Shown here in pieces: positions 13,201-25,200 of a DNA stretch of 64,000 nucleotides. The notes beneath the pieces are model-generated. The model worked only from the letters and a program-made list of their open reading frames with translations. It searched no databases and was not told where the DNA came from. The DNA is taken from contig NMRA01000109.1 in the NCBI GenBank assembly GCA_002633005.1, positions 164,858 through 228,857 on the forward strand, given 5' to 3'. This DNA comes from Phoronis australis (lineage: Eukaryota > Animalia > Phoronida). The translations under genes were made by a program, and so were the position numbers. Each line of letters begins with the position of its first letter. Within the stretch, counting starts at the first letter, position 1.

Positions 13201-16200
13201 AAATAGTACATGTAGCATGTTAACTTGAAATTTTCTTTGCATTGAAGTTTCAAAATTACCTTCAAACTTCTGGAAATGTACGGTACTGCGGACATCCTTT
13301 AGAGAACAATTTGATTCTTATTCTATTATTCAGGTGGAACTCCCAAAGGTTGGTATATAATATAAATCAATCTTCCGTTCCTTAATAAGTTTGACCACAT
13401 CGAAATAGAGAATTTGTTTATATGCACTTTTATTACTATTGCCAAATTAAAAAAAATTCTAAATAATATTCTGTGAAACGAGTTATTACAAAAGTAGGAA
13501 GTAGTCTTGATGTTTTCTTTTTATTGAACTTTAAGAGACGAAATGCCTATCAACCTACAAACTGGTGGAAACTAATCTCAATGTGCACACAATGTTTTAA
13601 CAGCATAAACTAGCAGACAAAACACATTTTAATCAGAAAATTATCAATGTGGGAAAAACTCACTCAATTACGAGCCTTGTATACATGTAAATGTGACAAA
13701 TTTTAGGATTATTCTAGAACCCCCCGCTCCCACACCACACAACCCCTTCGACCCAGTCTTTACCTGTTCGACGTGAGCGCAGACTTGCACGACCAACGGG
13801 TATATCCGTACCCATGACTAGGTTTTCCATGTTTTTTCGAATTAAAGCAGTCCACCCGACAAGTTTGAATGCCAAAAACAGAAAGAATGCGACACAGTCA
13901 AATCAAAGACTCACCAACGTTACAAATGTCGTTCAGGCCAGAGTGTAATCACTTCGTCTGCTGCAAAGTGAATCACAGGTGGTGGACGATTGTGAGGAAC
14001 CGACGAATATGTAATTTCTTCAGTAGAGTTTGAAAAGCGATATATGAAGTATATCTTAAAATGTTAAACAATAGAAAGTAAATAATACAAATGTGAATAT
14101 TGTGTACGTTTAGGTTAACGTGATCTCTTCCTAAGTGTAGTAGAACAGGGTCATTGGTAGCCGCTAGTGGACCTATTTCCGTGACAACAGTGGCACACCC
14201 ACAACTCTTTATTTCAGAGTTCTAAAGCAATTTTCTGTTTTAAAGCACCTGGCTTAAGCCAGAGCAGATTCGCGTGTAAGTAAGTGCTATGCTAAAGTCA
14301 TTCAGCTACGTATCATGATTATGAAATGTGTAAAAAGCGCAAAACCAACCTATTGCCACAGATAATGGGTCAAAGGGGGGGTTGTTGGTCCTGGTAGGCG
14401 TCGTGGGTCGAGGGGGTATTGGAGTGTGGGGGTCTACGGGGCTTTGGAACAATTCAAACTTTTGTGCTGATATACCTTCATCTATTGTCTGCAAAATTCC
14501 CAGTGTAAGCACTGAAACCTCTACTTTCCCATCTATTTGGAAGCGTGCCAGAGTCATTCATCTCTTTAAGAAGGGAGTCTCAATGACTGTCATACTGATC
14601 TCAATTCTTCCTTCACTCTCTAAAAGTCTGTTGAGGAACATGCACAATCACATTTTGTACCTTTTGCTGACCTCAATTTTATTCTAGACTCTGAGTCTGG
14701 ATATAGTGTCAGACAGCTCTGACTTCAATATCTAACAACTGGTATCACCGGTTGGATTGTGGCAATTTTGTGTGGAGTCTTATACCTTGATTTTCGTAAA
14801 GCATTAGACCCCGAAGTCCCGACACTGATTTAACCGAACTTTATGGCTGCTCTGACAGATGGTGTGGAGATTAGTGACTGTCTCTCCTGGACTGCCAAAT
14901 CTTACATGTCTGTTAACAGCTGCAGTATCATTTTTTTAGTCGAGAAGACTTCGACCATTTTAGACACATCATCCTCATTAACATTTAATGAATTTTATAT
15001 TAATCCTACTTTAACTTATTGTTGTCCAATACCGTGTAATATTCCTCATGAAACTATTGATCAAATTGTTAACTTACAAAAGAGCTGCAAATTTTCTAAC
15101 TCCATCATTAGATATGTTTAAAGATCTAAGGTGGTTACCATCCCAAAGTTTTCATTTACCATCGGGTACTTTTCATGTATTTAACTCAATAATTTCAGAC
15201 ATGTCCCTGATGTCCATCAAAGAAATACCCGTGCACCAACCTTTACGAGCTACTATTTACGTACTATTAAAACTAAATCTTGTCAAACTAATTGAGTTCC
15301 GTACCAATCACCATTCAAAATTGTACGTCATTATCCCTTATAAAACCAGTTAAATCTTTTCCTAGTATGTAAATTTCAACACATTTTAATTTTAATCTAA
15401 TTTAACAGAACAAATTACTCCTTAATCCATGATTTACAAGCACTCGCACAGGTGCTACCTGAGGTGTGTATTTAAGAGAATTCGTCAAAATCAATTTGAA
15501 TAAATCTAGCCAAATTCAGCTAATTTCTAAATAATTATTTCTGAATTTAGGAATCACAAATAGTACATGTAGCATGTTAACTTGAAATTTTCTTTGCATT
15601 GAAGTTTCAAAATTACCTTCAAACTTCTGGAAATGTACGGTACTGCGGACATCCTTTGCAGAATAATTTGATTCTTATTCTATGATTTTCAGGTGGAACT
15701 CCCAAAGGTTGGTATATAATATAAATCAATCTTCCGTTCCTTAATAAGTTTGACCACAACGAAATAGAGAATTTGTTATTATGTACTTTTATTACTATTG
15801 CCAAATTCAACAAAATTCTAAATAATATTCTGTGAAACGAGTTATTACAAAAGTAGGAAGTAGTCTTGATGTTTTCTTTTTATTGAACTTTAAGAGACGA
15901 AATGCCTATCAACCTACAAACTGGTGGAAACTAATCTCAATGTGAACACAATGTTTTAACAGCATAAACTATCAGACAAAACACAGAAAATTATCAATGT
16001 GGGAAAAACTCACTCAATTACGAGCCTTGTATACATGTAAATGTGACAAATTTTAGGATTGTTCTAGAACCCCCCCCCCGCTCCCACACCACACGACCCC
16101 TTCGACCCAGTCTTTACCTGTTCGACGTGAGCGCTGACTTGCACGACCAACGGGTAGATCCGTACCCATGACTAGGTTTTCCATGTTTTTTCCAATTAAA

Positions 16201-19200
16201 GCAGTCCATCCGACAAGTTTGAACGCCAAAAACAGAAAGATTGCGACCCAGTTAAATCAAAGACCCACCACCGTTACAAATGTCGTTCCGGCCAGAGTGT
16301 AATCACTTCGTCTGCTGCAAAGTGAATCACAGGTGGTGGACGATTGTGAGGAACCGACGAATATGTAATTTCTTCAGTAGAGTTTGAAAAGCGATATATG
16401 AAGTATATTTTAAAGTGTTAAACAATAGAAAGCAAATAATACAAATGTGAATATTGTGTACGTTCAGGTTAACGTGATCTCTTCCTAAGTCTAGTAGAAC
16501 AGGGCCATCGGTAACAGCTCGTGGAACTATTTCAGTGACAACGATAGCAGGCTAACAATCCACTATCTCAGATCACGATATCACGCCATTTTCTGTTTTA
16601 ACCACCAGAATGAAGCAGATTTGTGTTTAGGAATGTCTTATGGGGAAGTCATTCAGCGACGTAATGTGATTGTGCAATGTGTAGATAGCGCCAAGATACA
16701 TCTATTGGCACCGGTCGTTTGTCGAGGGGTTTATGGGTCATGAGGGTTGTGGGTGGAGGGGATCTGGGGTGGAGGGGATCATGGGGTGTTGGGATCAAGG
16801 GGATTTTAGAACAATCTCAAATTAAATTTAACATGCATTGTGAACGTAAAGAGCGTGACAGTTCCTCTTTTCGTCTGATCTCAGCCCTGTGCATTTTAAA
16901 GGAGAATGCCACCCGATTAAATTAGTTTTGTTACCGTCTTAATCGGTCTGTATCCACCTTACATTCGCATGCCGTCGATCTCACCTCGCCCAAAATTATC
17001 GCGACGTCAGGGGTTCTTCAGTTGCCTGTGTGCCACTATGGTGTGGTGTGTCGTTCCCGCTTGTGCAAACCTTGAAGTTGCGAAGAAAGCGGTATATCAT
17101 TTTTGATTTCCTCGGGAATAAAGATGCTTCAGACGTAGCACTGGGCTATAAAGAACGAAACGTACATATGCGATGTATGATGCCGTGAAATAGATTCTTT
17201 GTTTTCGTCCAGCATTGTTGTGTTTGAAAATGATTTTTTCTACCCAAACCAAAGTTTTTTATCAAACTGAAACAAAAAATGTAAATTAATTATTAATTAT
17301 TTCGTATTGCTTCAGGATTGTTCGTGAGTGCAAATGTTATTAAGAAATCAACAATGAATAGATCATACTGCGTTACCGGGCTTCAGATACAATAAAACTG
17401 ATTGACCGCCGTGTTAGCGCATGCTAGTTCAGTGTTTGCTGACAGAAAGCTGCTGTGAAAGTAGAACTCGATTTTACATGCTATGATCAGATGTTAGAGA
17501 AATATATATATGGGTGTATATATATATAATCCTTTTCCCTGTAAGGGTCTGTGGAAGTGGATCTTGACTTCGTGGCCCCCGGCGAGTAGGAAGATTTGTA
17601 ATTTCGCGGCGAATTCACCACAGTAATCACGCAAACATTACTTCTTTGGTTCACTAGTCTAGTCTTTTCGTGACTGAAAGTTTAGTTTTCAAATGTCACA
17701 GCCGAGAAATCCAACTGCTTTATGTTCGTAATGTCTCCAGTCCAACTGCGACGAGCCTGCTAGGTACATGTATACAGATGTATGAGCCACTGGGTTATAA
17801 CGAGCGTTTTGTGTTTATCACAGAAAAATAATACGCGCGGCTATGTTTTTCTTTCTGTATTTCACGGAAGATTCCTATTGTTAATGTTTATATATATTTA
17901 TTCAATAACTAGGACCCCATCCTTGTTACAATCAAATCATCACATAAAATAAAGGTAAGTGTCAAACACTAGAAGTAAATCGAGTTCTTCGTTTGAATGC
18001 GAAATGAACATATTTACATGTTGACCATATAAGATCTTTTTCCTCCATAGTCATGAGCTGGTTGAATTTTGTAACATTGGGATTGTTGTAGCTCCATGCA
18101 GGCAAATATCGTTTCCTAAGGTCATCGTAGAATGGGCATTCGATAACAAAATAATATTCTGACTCGACATATGTCCTAACACAGAGAGGGCATAACCTTT
18201 ATGTTCTGCAAAGTTTCAGGTGTGTACCCTTTTCAATCATTAGTGCATGCGCTGAACATCTTAATCTTACCATATCAGAGATCTGACATTTACATTGTCA
18301 ATTACATCTAAATAGTTTTCAAAACACATATTTAACTTAAAAGTTCTGTAAGTTTCCAGCTTAATCGAATTTCTTACCATTTTTGATGATCAATATCTTT
18401 ACATCTTTGTTTAAAAAGTGATATGAAGCTTGTCTCGGAACCTACACCCTGATTGTACCATGCTTCTCCAAAACCAAACTGAAATAGCAAATTCTTAACG
18501 TCATTAACCCAGCACGGTTTACTAACATTTTCCGTCATATTATACTGCCATTCATAGCAATGATATGTAATTTTTGAGGCATAGGTTTTTAATAGTTTTC
18601 ACCAATATTTCATAATTCTAGGAAGTTGGTAAGCAACCAAGGAGTAACGACTCATTTCACCACTAACAGTCGATGAAATTGCGGTGCTCGGCAAATTTAA
18701 AATTTCTTTACAAAATTTTGTGTGGACTATTTCAGTACATTCGCAGTCACTAAAACCCCAGATCTCACAGCAATAAGGAAGTATCGGCAATAGTTTACAA
18801 TCCAATAATTTCAAACTAACTTTAACTCATTAAATTCATTGTCTTAGTAGCGTGTAATGATAGAGTTTTCTGTGCGCAAGACCACGAACCTTTGGTAGTA
18901 AACATTAATCCTAAATATTTATATGCATTTACAATAATAACAGTATTTCCATCATACGTCCATTTTTCATACGATCGTAACAGTCACCCTTTCTGAAAAC
19001 AATTATCTTAGTCTTCGACATGTTAACAATCAATTTCCATTTCTGACAATACGCATATAAAATGTTCAATTTTTTCTGCAGTCCTTTCACACTATAAGAA
19101 GATAAAGCCAAATCATCAGCAAACAGCACATGCAATAATTTAGGTGATCCCATGGAATTTTTTTCACCGCCACCGGATTCTAATTCTTGCTCGAGATCGT

Positions 19201-22200
19201 TTATAAATGAAATTAACAAAAAACGGTGATAGCTGAGAGCCTTGTTTTAGGCCATTATGACAATCAAAGAACTCCGTATAGCTTCCGTTACTCAATCTAA
19301 CGAACGCTTTTACTTCAGCGTACATTGCTTTGGTTATCTTATACATCTTACCTTCTATGCAATTGTTTCTTAATTTAAAATACAATGCGGTTCTATATAT
19401 ACTGTCATAAGCTGCTTTAAAATCCACGAAAGCACAATAGAATATACCGTTCTCTCTTGTCAAATATTTAATTATTAACATATAGAAAGCAAACATTTGA
19501 TCCACCGTGCTGTGCCCTTTCCTAAACGCAGCTTGAGACATACTAATTACGTTTTCTCTTACCTACCACTTTTGAAGTCGCTGGCACAATATTTTTTCGA
19601 AATTTTGGCTGTGCCTTACATGAGGGAAATTCCTCTGAAATTTTCAGGAATTTTGGCACCGCCCTTAAGTATCGATACTATAATGGATTTTGTCAGTTCT
19701 TTTGGAAACACACCATTTTTAAAAAAGTAGTTGTATAGATGGAACAGTGAATCAACCAACTTTTTATCAGCATACTTGTAGAACTCAATGCTAATTTTAT
19801 CATATCCTGGCGAAGTTCGGTCTTTCATACTACCGATAGTTTGTATAATTTCGTCTCTTATGATCTCAGCGTCCAGCTCCATATCAACAACTGCATTACT
19901 TGAATTGATGTTTTTACTGAGTTCTCAATAAAAGCATGAAATTCAGCCAACTCCGGATTAGTAACAAAATAGTGGCCTTCAAACAGAGAGCTGAAATAAT
20001 TTATCCATTCGTCCGGTTTAATATTCGTCGATATACATTTCTTCTTAATATTAAATGCGCGCCAGAATTTTTTACTGTCTTTACTCTCCACAGCTGATTT
20101 CAATTTTTTGTAATGTTTTCTGTTACACTCTATCAGTTTTACTTTTCTAAATGTCCATAATCCTTTCTAGCTTGTACATATAGATTTCGGTAACTGTTTT
20201 TTCTCTCAGTGTTCCAATACTGAAACTAAAATTACTTAATTTTTGCCTAACTACAACTCTTATTTCCCTACAATCAGCGTCAAACCATTTGGACAAACTA
20301 GTCGGTTATAAGATATGTTCACTTTTGGTTTTAACATGTCGGCAGCACATACATGTAATTTAATGGCTTCCATTAAAGTTTCTACACTTGAATTTATGGT
20401 CGAGAGTGAATAACTCTGTACGTCAGCGAGGAACTGATCCACCTCCGGTCTCGACCATTTTTTCTGCATATCTTAGGCTCAACCCCTCGTTCCATTTATG
20501 AACATTTTCAATCTGTTCACCTCGAGCCCAGTTGTTTTGCTGCGTCTTACACATACTTCACATATTTCACCGATTTCAAAACCGCCCACACAATACAATA
20601 AATCCTTGCTCATCATGATACAACACTAGATCCATTATAAGTTACACATGTTACACTACCAATGTCTGCATCTTTCCCTATTCTTCTATTCAGAATTCTT
20701 ATCTCATTTCTTTGGCAAAACTCTTAATAATTCTGTACCAAACTCATTTACCTCACCATTATATTGTGAGCACCTACATCACAGACTATCTTCTACATAA
20801 ACATCACAATCAAACATAGCACTTGATTCATCCATATACTTAATACTGTCATCTGCAAAGAAGTCTGGCCTGTTACGCGTACGAGCATTAAAATCGCCCA
20901 TTATTTATAGGTGACAATCCCCCCTCATTTCAGCAGTATAACCTTGTACCTCCCGCTCAACTATTTTCATTATTTCCAAAATTTTACTTGACATTTTTGG
21001 AGACTGATACAGAACTGCAACTAAAACAAGATACAGATAATCGGGTAGGTCATTTTTTATCCGTAAAACGTCACACGAACTTGAAGGAAGCCTAATAGCC
21101 CCCAATACATCCTTACAAAATAACACTACATGTACACCACCAGAATTCCGAAATGCTTGAGGGTGTTTATTTCTCACCAAAACACTGCTACCCTTCCAAT
21201 TTAAACTCATCTTCATTCATTCCCCATAGTTCAACAAAAGCGATAATATCATGTGCACATATCATATTTACAAAATCAGTTATCTGTATTTTATGCTATA
21301 GCCCTTCGATATTCCAACACATAAATTTCCATGACGAGTTTTATTGCTGGCCTTGGCCCAACCTCTAGTGCTGGTCCGACTGAGCTTCAGACGAGCTGGC
21401 CATGTGGAAAACCTGATCTTCATGTTGAACAGCGGCTTCCGTTCGGGTTAATGGGTGGCGTGGATCAGCGTTAGTCGTGCGGTGTTTGATTTTTACCATA
21501 TCGTTCTGTTCGTCGTACAAAAACACCTTGCCATTATGGATCAGCTTGTTAAAGCTGATTTTGGCGTTTTCCATTCTCTTTGATTGTGAGAATTCGTACA
21601 GCTTTCTCCTTGCCTTTATAACCCGGATTGAGAAGTCTTCTGTTAGGAATATCTTGGGGTCCCTCACTTCTCTTCGTTTAATCATTATTTGTTGGTTATC
21701 TTTTGAATTCAGGTTTGCTATGATGGGCCGCACTTTCCCTTGGGTTCTACGGCCCAGTTTGTGAACTCGCTCGATGTTTATATCTTCAATGTTCAGCTGC
21801 TCCTTGAGAAACTCTTCAAGTTGATTTCCCGATTCTTCCCAGGTTTCATTACCATTTTCAACATTGCCATGGAATATAAGGTTATCTCGTCTGGATCGAT
21901 TCTCTAAATCATGTACCTTTTCTTCCAGTGATTTGACCTGATCACGAAAGATAGAGTTCTCTTCCCTTGACTTGGCATACTCACGTCTGAGAGACTCAAA
22001 ATCGTTGGACAGTTTTTCGAACTTGTCGTTTATTTTCTCAAATAGTTGACGAGTACTCTTCGGGCTCGTCTCACTTCTAGGCATTTAGGACGAAATGCTG
22101 AGAATCACTGACCTGTCACTGGCTAAAGGTGTTGTTGTCTTCCTAGACCCAAGCATTATCGCTAATATTACGTAAGTAGGCCAATTAATGGCGGACAGGG

Positions 22201-25200
22201 TGCAATTATTCATTCTGCCTCAGGTGCTCTACACACATACTAAATATTCACTTCTGAAGTGAGTATCACACAATTTGTCAGCCTCCACGAGGTCACTGTG
22301 TTTATCTCTCTCAACCACACCACAAATTTGATGAAAATAGTTTTACTTGTTCAGTCAAAAGAATCAATTTTCGAGACACAATTCTCACCTGGAGGCCTAT
22401 AATGCGACACCTACCGGTTCATTTATGATCGAGCAGAATCCAATCTTCCCGCGACTGAACATTCAAAATTTATAAATCCGTAACCACGAAATAAAACAAC
22501 TAATTTCTTTGTAAACTCTGTTCAGTTGTCGGGTTTTTACATTGATGATGAATTTAAGCGATAAGGTGACACCACTAAGCGCCTTTTGAAGTGCTGAGCA
22601 GAGTGTTAGAACCTGTGACGCCATTAGTTTATTTCAGCATCTCCGTCTGCCGTCTGGTGTCAGGTCAAAGAAATTAACTTGCTGTTATCGAGTGAAGCTA
22701 CTTAATCTAAATTGATACAAACCCGCTGTTTTTGGTGGCATTCTACTTTAAAGTTAACACTGCTTCACAATTCTCGATTTTAGAACTTAAAGGGTTTATC
22801 GTCCGTGATATTTAAATTAATGACTCAGAATGTCTAATTGGTCCAGCTCAAACAAGCGCATGGACATTCCGGTTGGACAAGCTTTGTTAAGTTGAGTGAG
22901 GATGTTGGACTAATGGACTCAACATATTTTGACAACTGGAACAGGTGATATTTATTGCGGTTTCATTGTTTCCATAATCGAGTTGAAGTAATTACCCTAC
23001 ATGCCACCGGTTGTCATACAATGTGTCTTTTTCTGACGTGAAGAATGTGTCCAATGTTGATTCGGTACACATTCTTATTACAAACAGGAGGTTCCTGGAA
23101 TTACCGAACAGCGCACTTGTCGTTATGCCAATACTACAGTCCCATATTACACCTATATATTTACAGATCCTTAGCAGAATAATTTATTGTTAACCTGTTA
23201 TTTACAGTTGATCAAAAGGGATCTTCCGCGGGTGAGTACATAGTAAACAACTGATTCTCACTAAAAACCCCAAATGCAAAGAGAGATTTTATCAATGTCA
23301 ACTTGCATTATTATCAAATTCAACTGATTTCCGCATAATACTTTCTGAGCTTAGGAATCACAACATACCAACATTTTCAAATTATTGAAATCATACAATT
23401 CTAAGCGTGAGCATTGTGAATAAAACAATTAACCAGAGCAAACATATTTTACTTAGCGAAACATCAGTGTGGAAAAATATTTACTTAATCAGCACCTCGA
23501 GGGTGAACGAGAAAGAAGTAATTACACGCAGTATGTACATGTAAACATGTGTACATGTATTCTTCTTTTCGTTCCTTCCCAGTCGATGCACACTCTCAAT
23601 GTTACCACATTTCTTCCATCTGTTGACAAGAAGTCTAAAACTGAAGAAGTGCACTTGGTCACAACAATATAGTTGTTTATTTTATATGTTCTATGTTTGT
23701 CGTTTGTTCCATTTACATATACACTTTGCTTTATTGATGATAAGAACATGTATAAGAAACTAGTACCCTTTTTCCGGATTTAAATCTTGGAATATTTATA
23801 GGTAAGACTGTAGCCCGGTGTGCAAGCGACTGCACAATGATGACTGTGCTTATGTGTTGCTTTTGTGCTATTTTGTATCGATTTCTGTCTTTTCACTTGT
23901 TTTTAGAAACATTAATTGTTTTAAGAGATAGCCCAATCGGTTTGGGAGATTTGTGGGTCATTACCTTGGTGTTGAATATTTGACTTTGGGTGTATTTCTT
24001 CAGTATTCATCATTATGTGGTAGAGGAAGTGTTTCGGTCTGTCTCAGGTTAGTTTGCATTTACTCTACATTATCGTGTTTTAACTCGTAGTCTCGATATA
24101 GTCGTGTAGTATGGTTGATAATCGCGAGTGTATGTAGCCTAGTACGTGTTATTATAGAAAGTCAGCGACCATTCATTGTGACTATGCTTTGCCATGTTGT
24201 ATTCCGCCATATTTATAGTCGTTGGTGGCTCTCTTGTGTATTGTAATGTTTTTCGTTTTCTTCTATTACGGTGTCAAACAGTTGCATTGATAGTACATGT
24301 ATCTTCAGTCCAATAGTCATATTGAACTGGTACGTGTGATATAAAAAGTTATTCATTTTGTGTACATATTTGTCTAGATATTACATAAGTTAAATGTAAT
24401 TAACGTAATGAAAAATTATAGATTGTGACATTGTATTGCAATAATTGCACTGTGTTGTTTGCGTATTATGTTTTAAATTTATTAGTAGGGTGTTTAAATC
24501 TACCACAGCAGAACCTGTTACACCTTTCGAAGAAGGAGATAGAAAACATGGTCGCTGGTTTCGAAGATATGGGAATGAAGCCAAAGGCCGCATCAACATG
24601 TGACATTACATCATGGTTTACTGACTTGCTTAAAGTGGACAGGTATTTCTTAACCAGAGTCATGAGCATTTCTCCAGTTTCTCTGGGGAGAAGAAACAAA
24701 ATTCTACTTACAATTTTTGCTGTTTTCAAGTCGGTTATCTTAGGAAATTATCAAAAGTGGAGCAAGTAATGCTTGTAGTACGTCGATCGTTACGGGGCAA
24801 AGCGAAGAGAGTGATGATGAAACTGCCTCCGGCCCTGAAAGAACTTTAAGTGGATCTTGCGTACTAATTCAAACTAGAAACACAATATATAGCAATAGAT
24901 ATTGAATGTGCAGACGTTATTAAGGTTCCTTAGCTATGATATCCTGAAGTTACGATTGGTGTCAAATGTCTACGTGAGTTAATGTGCTTACTGTTTCTTG
25001 TTCCCGGTACGTCATATAATACTGCATTTCCCATTTTGATAGGAAATAATCGCCTTATAAACTGATGCATGATTGTCTTAAGTGGTTTGGGTACGCTTCT
25101 TGCACAAAACATTTCCAGTGCACGCTGTTTACCCCTGAAAGGTCATCAGCTCGAAATGAATGTTTACCGTTTTGGACTCGTCAGATGTGGAGAATGCAAG

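Larger units (their letters stand above)
11757..16467 (+). repeat. Recent tandem duplication, two ~2.36-kb units (11757-14113, 14114-16467)
   Basis: GTTAACGTGATCTCTTCCTAAG at 11757, 14114 and 16468; near-identical units (ORFs 12691 and 15048, offset 2357, differ at two residues). Confidence 0.95.

Noticed and set aside
4200-16000. Conserved repeats flanking short variable segments as a CRISPR-like array
   Set aside because: Eukaryotic context, irregular spacing of hundreds of bases, no cas genes; the variable segments are homologous to each other and bounded by AG/GT.
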